A DNA stretch of 64,000 nucleotides, taken from the NCBI RefSeq assembly GCF_006345805.1, contig NC_043014.1, forward strand, positions 13,082,001 through 13,146,000. The letters are read 5' to 3'. Both the position numbers and the translations under genes were made by a program. The notes below the pieces were generated by a model. That model did no database searches. It was not told where the DNA came from and saw nothing but the letters and a program-made list of their open reading frames with translations. This stretch comes from Octopus sinensis (lineage: Eukaryota). Each line of letters begins with the position of its first letter. The first letter of the stretch is position 1. Positions 51,242 to 63,179 of this stretch are shown piece by piece.

Positions 51242-54200
51242 TCTTTACTCTTTTACAGTTATTTGACTGCAGCCATGCTGGAGCACCGCCTTTAGCTGAG
51301 CAAATTGACTCCAGGACTTATTCTTTGTAAGCCTAGTACTTATTCTATCGTTCTCTTTTGCCAAACTGCTAAGTTATGGGTATGTAAACACACCAGTATC
51401 GGTTGTCAAGCGATGTTGGGGAGATAAATACAGACACACAAACAAACATAATATATATATATATAGGTGTACGTTAGTTTAACAGTAGCACGCTTGCCAC
51501 GAATACATAGACATGTGGGTTTGCATTCCATAAATACGGCAACCCCTACTTTTTTCTGTTGAGGGCCTATATGCACCAACATTAGACTATTTGCCTTAGT
51601 CAATGCACAGTGATCACTTATAAAAAATATTATCATTATTCACACACACACACACACGTATGTATATATAGGTATATTTATGCATATATTCTTGTCATTT
51701 AATGTCCAGGTTCCATGCTTGTATGGGTTGGACCGTTTGACAGGATCCGATATATCCAAGGACTGCATTATGCTTCAATGTCTGCTTTAGCATGGTTTCT
51801 AAGGTTGGATGCCCTTCCTAATGCCAACCACTATAAAACTTGGACTGCATGCTTTTTTTTTATGAGCCACCTGCACTATAAATACACATATACGCGCATG
51901 CACACACACATGTATTATGTTTCTTTGCGTGTAATTATGTAATAGTCATATGGAATTAGGAGATCACACAACTGTTGATTTAACGCAAGTAAAGTCCTGT
52001 GGTCATCAAATATGTCCCTTCAGATCTCAAACACTCAAATTACGTACGTACATATATATATATATATAAAAGCAAATATATGTTACATCTATAAACAAAT
52101 GTTACATGTTTCTTTATATATGTGTATGACTTATTTGTTTATATGTACAGGTAACATATAAAAGAATGTTATATATATACACAAGAATATAGATATATGT
52201 AACAAATACATAATAAAAAGAAATATATAAAGAAATATGTTACATATAGAGAGAGAAAAAGGGGGAGAGAGAGAAAATGGGAGGGAAAGCGAGAGCGAGA
52301 ATGAATTTCATTATTCAACGACATAGTAAATGCATCGTCAGGTTATTCAATCATTACCTTTTTTGTTGGAGGGCTGAGGAGATTTGATAATTTTAATGTC
52401 AGAGACTGGATCAAGAAGGTCCCAGGCAGTGGGTAGTATGTGATCAGCGTGGGGTGCAAGCTCAGCTTTCGAACCAGTGCCACTAAGAACCCCAATGCTT
52501 GCCTGTACATGGGCCTTTTTTCCAGAGTTGAGGTTTTTAGCACAGTCACTCACCACTATTGCCTCTGAAGGGGTGACACCCAGTTCATTACAGATCAAGG
52601 ATGTTGCGTTGACTTCGGAGTTGCTGTCGTCTCCACACACCATCATATCCACATACTTCATTAAGCTGAATCGGTCGAGTATCTTGAAGGTTTCCTCGCG
52701 TGCATCTTGTGACATGATAGCAATCTTGATTTTATTTCGCTTCAAAGTTTTGAAAAGATGCTGAAGGTCTCCCAGAACTTTCAGATCTCCATACAATGAG
52801 TTCTTACAGTCTTTCCATGCCTGATTAACAGTCACTAATGATTCTTCATAACCAAGACCTTGTTCTCGAAGAAGTGACTTTAGAGCATCTTTAATCTCGG
52901 CTTTGGGACGTTCCGCAAGGATACCATGCTTCACCTTAAGAGATATTTTACAAATTCCAAGGCGTGAATAAACCTCTTCCATTAGTTCCATGTGTGTTAG
53001 TTCTTCGAGCCTGCAATGAAAAAACAAAGAAATCTTGTATTGTAATTAATAGTTTCAAATTTTGGCACAAGGCCAGCAAATTTCAAGGAAGGGGCAAATT
53101 AATTACATCAATCCCAGTGTTCAACTGGTAATTTATCGACCCCGAAAAGATGAAAGGCAAAGTCGACCTTGGTGGAATTTGAACTCAGATCGTAAAGACA
53201 GACAAAATACCACTAAGCATTTTACCCGGTGTGCTGACAATTCTGCCAGCTCGCTGCCCTAATGTTGCATATAATTAATGTTAACAAATATATAACAGAA
53301 GAAAATAGTTTGAAAGCAACCTTCTTATAGTTAAAGCAGGAGTGGCTGTGTGGTAAGTAGCTTGCTTACCAACCACATGGTTCCGGGTTCATTCCCACTG
53401 CATGGCACCTTGGACAAGTGTCTTTTACTATAGCCTCGGGCCGACCAAAGCCTTGTGAGTGGATTTGGTAGATAGAAACTGAAAGAAGCCTGTCGTATAT
53501 ATGTACATGTGTGTGTGTATGTATGTATATATATGTGTGTGTGTGTGTGTGTGTTTGTCTCCACAACATCGCTTGACAAATGATGCTGGTATGTTTACAT
53601 CCCTGTAACATAGCGGTTAAGCAAAAGAGACCGATAGAATAAGTACTAGGCTTACAAAGAATAAGTCCTGGGGTCGATTTGCTTGACTAAAGGCGGTGCT
53701 CCAGCATGGCCGCAGTCAAATGACTGAAACAAGTAAAAGAGTAAATCTAACTTCATACCAGTCTTATTTCACAGTTAAGGAAAAGTTCTTAGATGTTTTT
53801 GTCTTAGATTTCATTATAATTTTCTCTAGGTATTTTTTGTTTTGTTTTCTTTGTTTTCTTTTATCACATTGCTAATACACATGCTAATCTGTTGCATATT
53901 ACTAACACAGATATGTAGCACATATACGCAAAAAAAAAAAATCGAAAAAGAAAAACCCAAACAACTTCGTATGTAAATTGGTTCTCATATTTCTGTTTCT
54001 GCTGTTAGTCAAGCAAATATCTAAATAGTTTGGATTTTTGTGAAACAGTGTTTCACTTACATAGAAAAGTTCAGCAGCACTTTATGGGTGAAAAGAAAGG
54101 AAAAAATACAGTAATTGGATTGGTTTAGAGAAATGCTTGCTGAAAACTGTACAGCTAAGATAAGATCAAAAATGCTAGTTGCCGTAAGTGACAGAGGTAG

Positions 54201-57200
54201 AATAAGGAGAGGTTGGGAGAAGTAGGGTACGAACAAACCAGTATAGAAATATAGGAATACTAGCAGTATAGCCCGGCGTTGCTCGGGTTTGTTTTCTTTT
54301 CGACCCTTTAGAATTGGAATTTTTGAAAAGTAAAACTTTTGCATTATGTAGCTTGTTATTCTCTTTAAGTGAATATTTTTCTGGTTGAAATACACCAAAA
54401 AATGGTGACACACCAGTAAAAATATCGTAAAAAATAGGGATTTTTCATAGAAAAAAAGCACCTTTTTGATGTCAATAATTTTTGGTCTTAACATGGTCCG
54501 ATTTGAATATTTTCTTCTACGGAATGAAGAGTAAGCCTTCTATCATACTCTCAATTTTAGTCAACTTGCGCCGCAGGGTCTCAGAAGAGATAGTGTTAGT
54601 TGAAGGCTACCAAACCTGCCACACACAGACAGACAACTTTAGCTTTATATATAAAGATTATCAGACTTAAATTATTATTACTCTGTAAAAAGTGACACAC
54701 TATTGAGTTGCCTGTTGGTATTAGCAGATCCAAACAAGCAATATTTGTATGAAAGAGTTGCAGGATTAAGATACCTACAGAGTGTGGTTTCTTGTGCAAT
54801 CATGTAGTTCAATAATGACTTGTGTGGGAATTCGGAAGATGGAAGCAGTGTGGAAGACAATTGTATTTATGTGTGCATATATGGGATTTGGACAAAATAA
54901 TGGAAACACCTTAAGAATTCAACCAAATTTATTTTAATATGGGGCAGGACTGCCTTTGGCAGTAATTACAGCTTGAATTCTACAAGGTATGGACTAGTAT
55001 AAAGTTTGAATTGTTTCTAAAGGAATTTTTGATTAACACCAGTATAATAGTATAATACAGAATGCTGTGTGACTTTTACCTGAGAATGTACCTTAAGAAT
55101 ATAAAAATATAAAACAAAGCTATGTAGCTCTACAGGCCGACTTATGACCAGTCAGTCAGAACACCATTTGTGGTCATAAGTTGATGACGACCTGTATGTG
55201 TGTAAATACAAATAAGGTGGTGAGCTGGCAGAATCGTTAGCATGATGATGATATATCTGTCTTGCATACTATATCAAATGTGTTGTGCAAGAGAGACGAC
55301 TGTGTTGGTATGGTCATTTGTTACTTATGGATGAGGACAGCTGTGTGAGGAAGTGCCACACCTTAACTGTGGAAGGAACCTGTGGAAGAGGTAGACCCAG
55401 GAAGACATGAGATGAGGTGTTTAAGCATGACCTTTGAACATTGGGCCTCTCAGAGGCAATGACAGAAGACTGAGACCTTAGGAGATATGCTGTGATTGAG
55501 AAGACACAGCAACTAAAGTGAGATCACAGCCATGGCTGATGCCAGTGTTACCTGTCCAGCACATTTAAGAGTACCCTTGATGTTTGGGCGATATGATATG
55601 CTTGAGAAGACCTGTTGAGTCACTTAAAACCAAAATCGTAGCTGTGACCAGTACCCACTGACTGGATCCTGCTCTGGTGGCACATAAAATGCATCATCTG
55701 AATGTGATCGACACAAGTGTTCCTTGACTGCCGGTGGCATGTAAAAAACACCATTCGAACGTGGCTGATGCCAGTACTCGCTGACTGGCTCCTGTGCCTT
55801 TGGCACGTAAAAACCACTATCTGAACGTGGATGACGCCAGTGCCCCGTGACTGGCTCCCATGACGTTGGCATGTAAAAAAGTACCATCTGAACGCGATCA
55901 ATGCCAGGCCCGCCTGACTGGCTCCTGTGCAGGTGGCACATAAAAAGCACCCACTACATTCTCAGAGTGGTCGGCATTTGGAAGGGCATCCAGCTGTAGA
56001 AACATTGCCAGATCAGAGTGTGGTTCAGCCGCTGGCTCTCTAGACCTCAGTCAAACTGTCCAACCCATGCCAGCATGGAAAACAGATGTTAAATGATGAT
56101 GATGATGATGATGCCAACCCTTTTACAGAGTGTACTGGGTGCTTTTACACAGTACATTCTTTTGATACCGGCCTATCCAAGACTGCCTCTGCTTCTATGA
56201 CAAACTTCCTGTCATAAAGTGATCCAAATCAAAACACTCAACCAAAATTTCATGTAAGTTTATGTTACAAGCACCAGCTTAATTAAAGACAGTTATTTTA
56301 CTAAATTCTTCATTATTTTCCTAAATTAACTGAAACAAAAGCAGTGCATTTCAACAGAAATATGATAACAAAACGGTGGAAATATGTCCAATAACAAAAC
56401 AAATTGACAATTTAAATAAAAGAATAAGAAATTAAAAAATACCTTTTAGCAATTTGTTTTGTCCAATTTAACCAAACAGCTTCGGAACAGACTAAGGTAC
56501 CATGCAAATCAATAATGGCTAACGAAACCTTCTGCTCAGGTAAATTTTCTCCAAGACTTTCCTCTTCCCCAAAATGACGTTCGATTAGGATGCGTTCAGT
56601 CGAATATACGTAACAGTCTTTCCATTCCTCTGTCGGCATTATCAATGGTAGCAAGTCCTGAACATTTTGAATGATATGGTCAGCATTAGGCTGCAAATCA
56701 GTCTTACCGCCCACACCACTCAATACCCCAACACTTAAGCCAAGATTGGCTGCCCTCCCCATCATGACATCTACTTTAGTGTCTCCAACCATGACAGCCT
56801 CAGATGGATCCACTCTCAACTTCTTGCAAATCATCAAAGCATTATGTGGAGATGGTTTGGGTTCTGACAAAGCATCGTCTCCACATACGATGAGATCGAC
56901 GTTTTTGGACAGGTTTAAGATTTCAAGAAGTTCTTCAGTAGGTTTTCTAGAATCTGCCGTGCAAATAGCAACTTTCACTTGCTTTTGTTTAAGAACTTTG
57001 AAAAGGATTTGCAAATCAGCCAAAGATCGCATTGTTTCTGGGTTCTTGTTGTCGCCATGATCTAAATTCTCATCAACTAGCTCTTCAGCTCGTTGCAATG
57101 AAAACCCTTCTTTTATCAATAACTTTATTAACTCTTCCTTAATTATTGGACCAGTTGCCTCTGCCAACAGCCCAGGTACTACTTTATTGGAGAGTGTGCA

Positions 57201-60200
57201 GTAGCCCAACATATCATAGACTTTCTTCTGGAGCGGAAGACCAGTAGCATTTGATAACCTGTAAGGATAAAGGAATTATGTTCAAGTTCTTGATACAGTA
57301 TGCTAACTACCCTCAAAAGGAACATAGCATTTAAAATATACAAGTGCTAGTTAATCTTTATTAGTAAGTAAAAAAAATAGCATCCACCCAAACATTTGCT
57401 TTGGAAATATGGAAAAAAATTTTTTTTTTTAATTTTTAGAAAAAATTAATTGGTTGTGGGGAGGATGTGATGTCTTCACATACTGTTACATTAAAAACTT
57501 TATGCACTCAAGCAATTGGTTAGGAGTAAAAACTAGTCACAGATAGCAATCAAAATATTTATTTAACCCTTTAGCATTCAGATATCTTTGTCAAATGTAT
57601 TGCTTATTTATTCACATTGTTTTGAATTAGTCATGCATTATTTTGTAGCTTCAAGATTTCAATGTTGTGTTTGTATATTTTTAGAATGACATTGTAGGTT
57701 AAGTGTGAGAGATTATATCTAGTTAGTTTTAACATAAAACAGGTAGAATATTTGGGCCAGAATGGCAAGATTAAATGCTAAAGGGTTAAAATTTCAATGA
57801 AAACAAAACATTTGCCAGTTTTTGGTGTTGTAGTATGACACAACAGAAATATGCATACACTATATGGAGAGTGATTACAGTTTCCCCCCATTGCTACCAT
57901 AGCCATCTAAGGTTAACCCTTTCGTTACTATATTTCTGACCAAAATACACCCCTCATGAGTTTCAATTAAGTTCTAAAATAATCATGAATCTAGGCTTGT
58001 TTCATTAAATAACTGTAACTTTTTTACTTATCAACATATTAATGTGATATTTGGAACATAATTAAAGAAAGGGTTCTTAATCAATTCTATTGCATAACTT
58101 TTGTCTCAAAGTGACTTTAATTACAGGTAAATCCAGGTAAATTGAGCAAAAGGTAAAAATATTAAAATTTTAAAATGAGCAAAAGGTAAAAATATTAAAA
58201 TTTTGTTTAAACATCACCATAGAAAACGAATCATCAGCTAATATTAAAATGGGTATGCAACAAAATTTTGATAAAGAAGAATTGTGCACATCACTATATC
58301 CTCAGTTGAATTTAATGCACAACAGGTGTACCATAAAGGTGGAATAAACTGAAATATTGGAATCCACCGTAAGTTTGACCGAACTAAAGAAATCGGTCAA
58401 AAAATAATATACGGCCCTGGTTATGGTATGGAAGTGATAAATTCCAGACCACATCGTTCCCTAGGCCATGCTGACTAACATTATTTTCCCTGTAAAAAAA
58501 CTAAATCCACGCAGTACCCAGTATTTGCTTCACAAATTTTCCGAAATTTGAACCCCCATTTTGTGTTTGTTTACGTTCTGCGTAAGTTTGTTTCCGCATT
58601 GATTGCTTCAAACAATAACTTCCAAACCACATTGTACCCTAAGCCATGCTGACTAACATTAGTTTCCCTGTATAAAAACTAAATCCACAACAGTACCCAG
58701 TATTTGTTTCACAAATTTTCCAATTCAGAATCAATGCTTGATAACATGAAACTCCTATCTATTTTCAAAGTTGAAGAAAAATCGATGCCGAAAAAAATGT
58801 TGAAAAAAATCTCCCAAAATTCAGGGAATTAAAATTACACGTCGATCTTTGTATGAAACTGTAGATTAACTGTTTACGAAGTATAATCACGTTTTCACGA
58901 ATGTACTAAAGAGATTTGCTCTGATATTCTCATTTAAATATGAATTCGGGCGGCTTTGGGCGGTTTGGTAACGAAAGGGTTAAAATTATTATTATGTTAA
59001 CTTAAATAGACTTGTACAAACTGAATGTTCCATTAACACAACAGAATTGGTTACTTCTTACACAACTGACAAATGCATCAACTAGAAGTTGATGAACAGG
59101 TTAAAATCAAACTAACTTATAATGATTAATTTTTTTTTTTTTAGGTTAGTTTATTGGAGACAGGAATGTATAGAATCGCACAGCTATTTAGGAATGGAAG
59201 ATCCTCTTGAATTATTATCAAATACTACCAATAGTTTTGAGAAGTGCATCGTAAATTTGGTAAAGTCTTAAAAAGAAAAGAAAATGTAATTTTTTTTTTA
59301 TGACAAAATAATGTTTTCCATTCCCTAACTGGCACCAATAAATTATTCCATATTTAATCCTCCAAAAAATTATCAGATATATCAGAGTACTTCTGAACCA
59401 TGGGCATGGTTTTTAAACGGATTTTCCAAGTAGCAGACAACCATACATTCTCACATCCACACGAGACATGATACATACTTACTTTTCAGCCAAATTCTTA
59501 GCCCAAGGTACCCACATCGACTGGAAGCAGATTAAGGTACCATCTTTGTCAAATATCACCAAAGACATCTTCTTCCGCTTGCTGGAGTCTTGTTTAGTGT
59601 TTGAAGTTTTGTCATCATTACGCTGCTTCTTTAGATTGGCTTGTGCAGCCGAACTGTAGAGCACCCTCTGACCTTGGTCTGCAACACACCAACCCACATA
59701 ACAACAACGACCCAAGGTGCATGAAGACACCAATCACTAACTAAACACCCTAAAATTATTATCTACAACATCTAGCTGGGAGGGGAACAATGCGCTTTAA
59801 ATATTAACACTACAAGTGTATTGTTTATGTTTTTTATAGTTAGACCTCTTTTTCTCTCTCTTCAACAATATTTAACTGAAAATTACCAGTTTTTTTAATA
59901 TATAAACATTTTAGGAAAAAACACAGTTGACAAGATAGAAGAAAAGTCTTAGAATGAACAACAAAAATAGCAAAACTTATTCTCAAAACTACACCAATAC
60001 AAAGCATTCAATATTGTAGTTTGCCTACTTAAACATTTACATTTTAAAATCTGCTCATGGTGGAAACATGTCACCATGACTTTTATGTTAGCAATAAATA
60101 ATAGATATTCATGCCATTGAATAAGAATTCAATAAAATGAATGGACAATTGAAATTCTAGAAGTATAAAACAACTAGAAAATTAAGCTTTATTACTCAGA

Positions 60201-61019
60201 CTTGTCATGAGTTTAAAGCAAGTTTGTCACATTTTAGCGGATAAACTGCTAACTTGAAAAAATCTGTTACATGACTTTAACAATTACAGAAATACAAAGT
60301 TTGAGAGAGAAAAAAAGTAGGAAACAAGGTGTAAATTATTATAGAAATAATTTTTGTAAGAATTTGTCATTGCAAAGTTATTTCATAATCAAACAATCTT
60401 TTTCATTTAGATTTAAAACTGACCAAAAGAAAATAAATTTTTCTTTTTTTTTTTTTACAGAAATTCCAAAGATTTTCCTAAGTAAATTAATAGCTAAATG
60501 TTGTAGATACATTTATTTAAATATGGATGCTAACATAACTACATAAAAAAACTGAGCTGTTCATCCATGATCTGTTCACTATTTAATCCCAAAACACAGC
60601 AATTTATTGCCCAGACATAGCTATTCTTTCTCACCATACTGTCTCTACATAGGTGAGAGAACAGCAATGGAGGAAGAAGCAAAGAACAATATTGAAGCAT
60701 CATAATTTTAATATTTTATAATGCACAGCAAAATATTGCATTTCAATAATTGCTCATACTAATACACATACACACATACATATGCAAAAAACATATGTTC
60801 AAAGATTGGGTAAACCATACGGTAGCAAGTACATACCTGTAGAGGAAATCCTGCAGGCGCTTAAGACAGAGGCATCGGCCACAGCAGAACAGGAGCTGAG
60901 TCTTGACAAACTTTTGCTACGGCAACGAGATGTCAGCCTCAGAGCCTTAGGTAGATGCAACATATTGCAAACTCTATCAGAGATTTCAAAAACCAGATAT
61001 CAGCCAATTGTGATGTTTT
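20949..61019 (-). CDS. CHDH: Predicted multi-exon HAD phosphatase x2 / choline dehydrogenase fusion gene (1188 aa) with three alternative CHDH terminal exons
   Basis: Hand-assembled coding exons of 127+196+816+653+1775 = 3567 nt (1188 aa + stop). All introns are GT-AG with matching phases (1,2,2,1) and there are no internal stops. The exon containing the ATG has an acceptor at 61020, so a further non-coding 5' exon probably lies upstream. No transcript data seen. Confidence 0.8.
22724..24350. repeat. Duplicated intron segment, paralogous to about 26309-27640
   Basis: Shared unique sequence (agggacagttggttata..., caacattcagagataagactgaatgactc...) and the same SINE at the same position in both copies. 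Confidence 0.9.
23044..23270 (-). mobile_element. SINE family B insertion with 15-16-bp TSD; other family-B copies near 27820, 28830, 29050, 31200, 31400, 31600, 37150, 47160, 53070, 62650
   Basis: Flanked by ccgattctgaatacc at 23029-23043 and 23271-23285. The paralogous site near 26580 is empty. Confidence 0.9.
24534..26308 (-). CDS. CHDH: Choline dehydrogenase terminal exon, middle copy
   Basis: Intact, same 1775-nt length and same acceptor. 14 aa differences from the proximal copy by my count. Confidence 0.92.
31790..31950 (+). mobile_element. RTE LINE extreme 3' end with (GAT)n tail
   Basis: [34 protein letters not shown], then stop and gatgatgat. Confidence 0.6.
35550..36700 (-). mobile_element. 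Degraded pogo/Tigger-type transposase remnant
   Basis: Hand translation gives [29 protein letters not shown] and [17 protein letters not shown], resembling Tigger DDE_1 motifs. Many stops; boundaries approximate. Confidence 0.6.
39817..40163. repeat. About 345-bp near-palindromic (foldback) element; partial second copy at 36686-36890
   Basis: ataattttttgtaactaaacactttcaaatttcggacactggtagaatgt is reverse-complementary to the right end, and the inner arms also pair. Confidence 0.85.
40400..40860 (-). mobile_element. RTE-clade LINE 3' end
   Basis: [15 protein letters not shown]...[18 protein letters not shown]...WAAMVQD. Confidence 0.8.
42111..43885 (-). CDS. CHDH: Choline dehydrogenase terminal exon, proximal copy (canonical active site)
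   Basis: GAGSAG FAD motif, [49 protein letters not shown]. Preceded by CATTCATCTTTCTCTTACCCTCTAG|CC (phase-1 acceptor). The ORF-track start upstream of this runs through intron sequence. Confidence 0.95.
44620..44760 (-). mobile_element. Mariner transposase C-terminal fragment
   Basis: [31 protein letters not shown] (YSPDLAPSD motif). Confidence 0.85.
45312..45806. repeat. Long inverted repeat (arms ~225 bp, spacer ~50 bp) in the HAD-CHDH intron
   Basis: aaatcaaaataagcaacaaggatatcc...aagaacatgctggc / gccagcatgttctt...ggatatccttgttgcttattttgattt. Confidence 0.85.
52358..53010 (-). CDS. Coding exon 4: degenerate HAD domain 2
   Basis: Acceptor TTTTTTCATTGCAG|G (phase 2), 653-nt open frame paralogous to exon 3 ([33 protein letters not shown]). 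It ends in donor AAG|GTAATG (phase 1). Confidence 0.88.
55270..55520 (+). mobile_element. RTE LINE 3' fragment
   Basis: LCWYGHL...[26 protein letters not shown]. Confidence 0.7.
56443..57258 (-). CDS. Coding exon 3: rest of HAD domain 1 (motifs [27 protein letters not shown]) and start of HAD domain 2 (IIDLHGTL)
   Basis: Acceptor TTATCCTTACAG|G (phase 2), 816-nt open frame, donor AG|GTATTT (phase 2). Motifs are typical of phosphoglycolate-phosphatase-like HAD hydrolases. Confidence 0.9.
57567..57785. mobile_element. About 220-bp piggyBac-type MITE; other copies at 28306-28525, 47792-48010, about 37988-38208
   Basis: TTAA|CCCTTTAGCA...TGCTAAAGGG|TTAA termini and shared internal sequence. Confidence 0.75.
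57917..58979. mobile_element. Non-autonomous piggyBac-type element in the HAD intron
   Basis: TTAA|CCCTTTCGTTAC...GTAACGAAAGGG|TTAA (12-bp perfect TIR, TTAA TSD). Internal direct repeat of about 80 bp near 58460 and 58620. Confidence 0.85.
59483..59678 (-). CDS. Coding exon 2: linker and HAD motif I ([11 protein letters not shown])
   Basis: DxDGT motif and strong donor AA|GTAAGT (phase 2). The 5' boundary uses GTTGCAG|AC (phase 1, matching exon 1), but its pyrimidine tract is weak, so the start is less certain. Confidence 0.8.
60837..60963 (-). CDS. First coding exon: mitochondrial-presequence-like peptide [42 protein letters not shown]
   Basis: Not in the ORF track. Acceptor TTTTTGTTCTGCAG ends at 61020, ATG at 60963, donor CAG|GTATGT at 60836 (phase 1). 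The peptide is R/S/L/K-rich with no acidic residue in the first 29 aa. Confidence 0.7.
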
Positions 61020-61849
61020 CTGCAGAACAAAAACAAAAATAAAATATTAGTGGAATGCAGATGAGGGTTTTATATATTAATTTTGTAAACAGGATAATAA
61101 AAAAAAAATTAAAAAATTAAAAGCAGGAAGTGAGATAAGTTTGTGTGCCAGAAAGGAAAGTAACAAGCAACATTTCAAAAATGGAGCAACGGGCGTGGCT
61201 GTGTGGTAAGTAGCTTGTTTACAAACCACATGGTTCCGGGTTCAGTCCCACTGCGTGGCACCTTGGGCAAGTTTCTTCTACTATAGCCTCGGGCCGACCA
61301 AAGCCTTGTGAGTGGATTTGGTAGACGGAAACTGAAAGAAGCCCGTCGTATATATGTATGCGTGTCTATGTTTGTGTGTCTGTGTTTGTCCCCCTAGCAT
61401 TGCTTGACAGCCAATGCTGGTGTGTTTATGTCCCCGTTACTTAGCGGTTCGGCAAAAGAGACCGATAGAATAAGTACTGGGCTTACAAAGAATAAGTCCC
61501 GGGGTCGATTTGCTCGACTAAAGGCGGTGCTCCAGCATGGCCGCAGTCAAATGACTGAAACAAGTAAAAGAGTATGGGGAAATCACCGCACAAATGTCTT
61601 TGAACACAGGTCTGTTTGATTAAATCTAACCTGGAACTAAATATCAATAACATCACATTTCTTTTTATTGAATTCACTAGGTACAAGCATGGCTGTGGTT
61701 CAAAGAAGTTTGTTTTCCAACTGTGCGATTTCAGGTTCAATCCCATTACATGGTACCTTAGGTAAGTGTCTTCTATAACTTGAGTGAAATCAACAGATGG
61801 AAACTATGCACAAGCACATCATTCATATAGAGAGAGCACTTTCCATATA

Positions 61850-62580
61850 TGTAGGCAGCCCTTTATCAAACAAGCGCACCTCAGAAAAAGATGTGGAACA
61901 CAGAATTGGAGCTGCACACAAGGTATTTGGAAAGTTAGCTAAATGCATCTTCAACAACAAAAATCTTAGCTAAACAATGAAAATTATGGTTTATAATACT
62001 GTTGTTGTCTCAACTTTGCTATATGGCTGTAAAACCTGGACTCTGTACCATCACAACACCCAAAAATTAGAACATTTTCATCAACAAAAGCTTCGCTCAA
62101 TCTTGAGCATCAAACGGGAACACCATGGGACCAACAACAAAGTCGTGGAAAGAGCCAACAAAATATTGAATCGCAGATCATGAAACATCGTCCTCGGTGG
62201 TCAGGACATGGAGCAAGAATGGAAGAGTCGAGGTTCCCATGTCAAGTCTTATTCAGTGAGTTAATTTCAGGTGAAAGACCACAGGATTATCCTCTTCAAA
62301 GATACCAGGACCAACTCAAAGCAATAGTGAAAGCCACAGGAATTGAGCTTAAATCATTTGAAACACAAGCCAAAAACCGTACCAAGTGGCAGTGGTCCAG
62401 CACTATTGGAACCGAAAACATCAAAACCACCAGAGAAAAGGAAGAAATCAAACAGTAGGAGAGAAAGGCTCAACAAAATCAACCACATCCTCCACCAACA
62501 TAGTCATGCAGTCAATGCCATTGGCTCTTCTATGCAAGAATTGGTCTACAGACTCATCGACGGCATTACCATTCAGCAAG
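61850..62580 (+). mobile_element. RTE-clade LINE remnant (frameshifted)
   Basis: VYNTVVVSTLLYGCKTWTL; RPRWSGHGARMEESRFPCQVLFSEL; degenerate C-terminal zinc finger. Confidence 0.8.
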
Positions 62581-63140
62581 AAACATTCAGCAAAGAAGAA
62601 AATAAATTTTCGGGTACAAGACAAAAGCCGCTGCCGATATATAAGGCAAGCTGGCAGAAACATTAGCATGCCGGGTGAAATGTTTAGTGGTATTTGGTCT
62701 GTCTTTATGTTCTGAGTTGAAATTCTGCCAAGGTCGACTTTGCCTTTCGTCCTTTCAGGGTCGATAAATTAAGTACCAGTTGCGTACTGGAGTCGATCTA
62801 ATCAACTGGCCCCCTCCCCCAAAATTTCGGGTCTCGTGCCTAGAGTAGAAAAGAAAGGATATATATAGCCAGTGCCGCCTCGACTGGCTTCCGTGCAGGT
62901 GGCACGTAAAATGCACCAATCCGACCGTGGCCGATGCCAGCCTCGCCTGGCACCTGTGCAGGTGGCATGTAAAAAGCACCCACTACACTCACGGAGTGGT
63001 TGGCGTTAGGAAGGGCATCCAGCTGTAGAAACATTGCCAGATAAGACCGGAGCCTGGTGCAGCCTTCTGGCTTCTCAGATCCCCGGTCGAACCGTCCAAC
63101 CCATGCTAGCATGGAGAACGGACGTTAAACGATGATGATG

Positions 63141-63179
<39 letters not shown>

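Noticed and set aside
60782-61042. 86-aa plus-strand ORF
   Set aside because: It overlaps the minus-strand first coding exon, which has proper splice sites and phase. No recognisable product.
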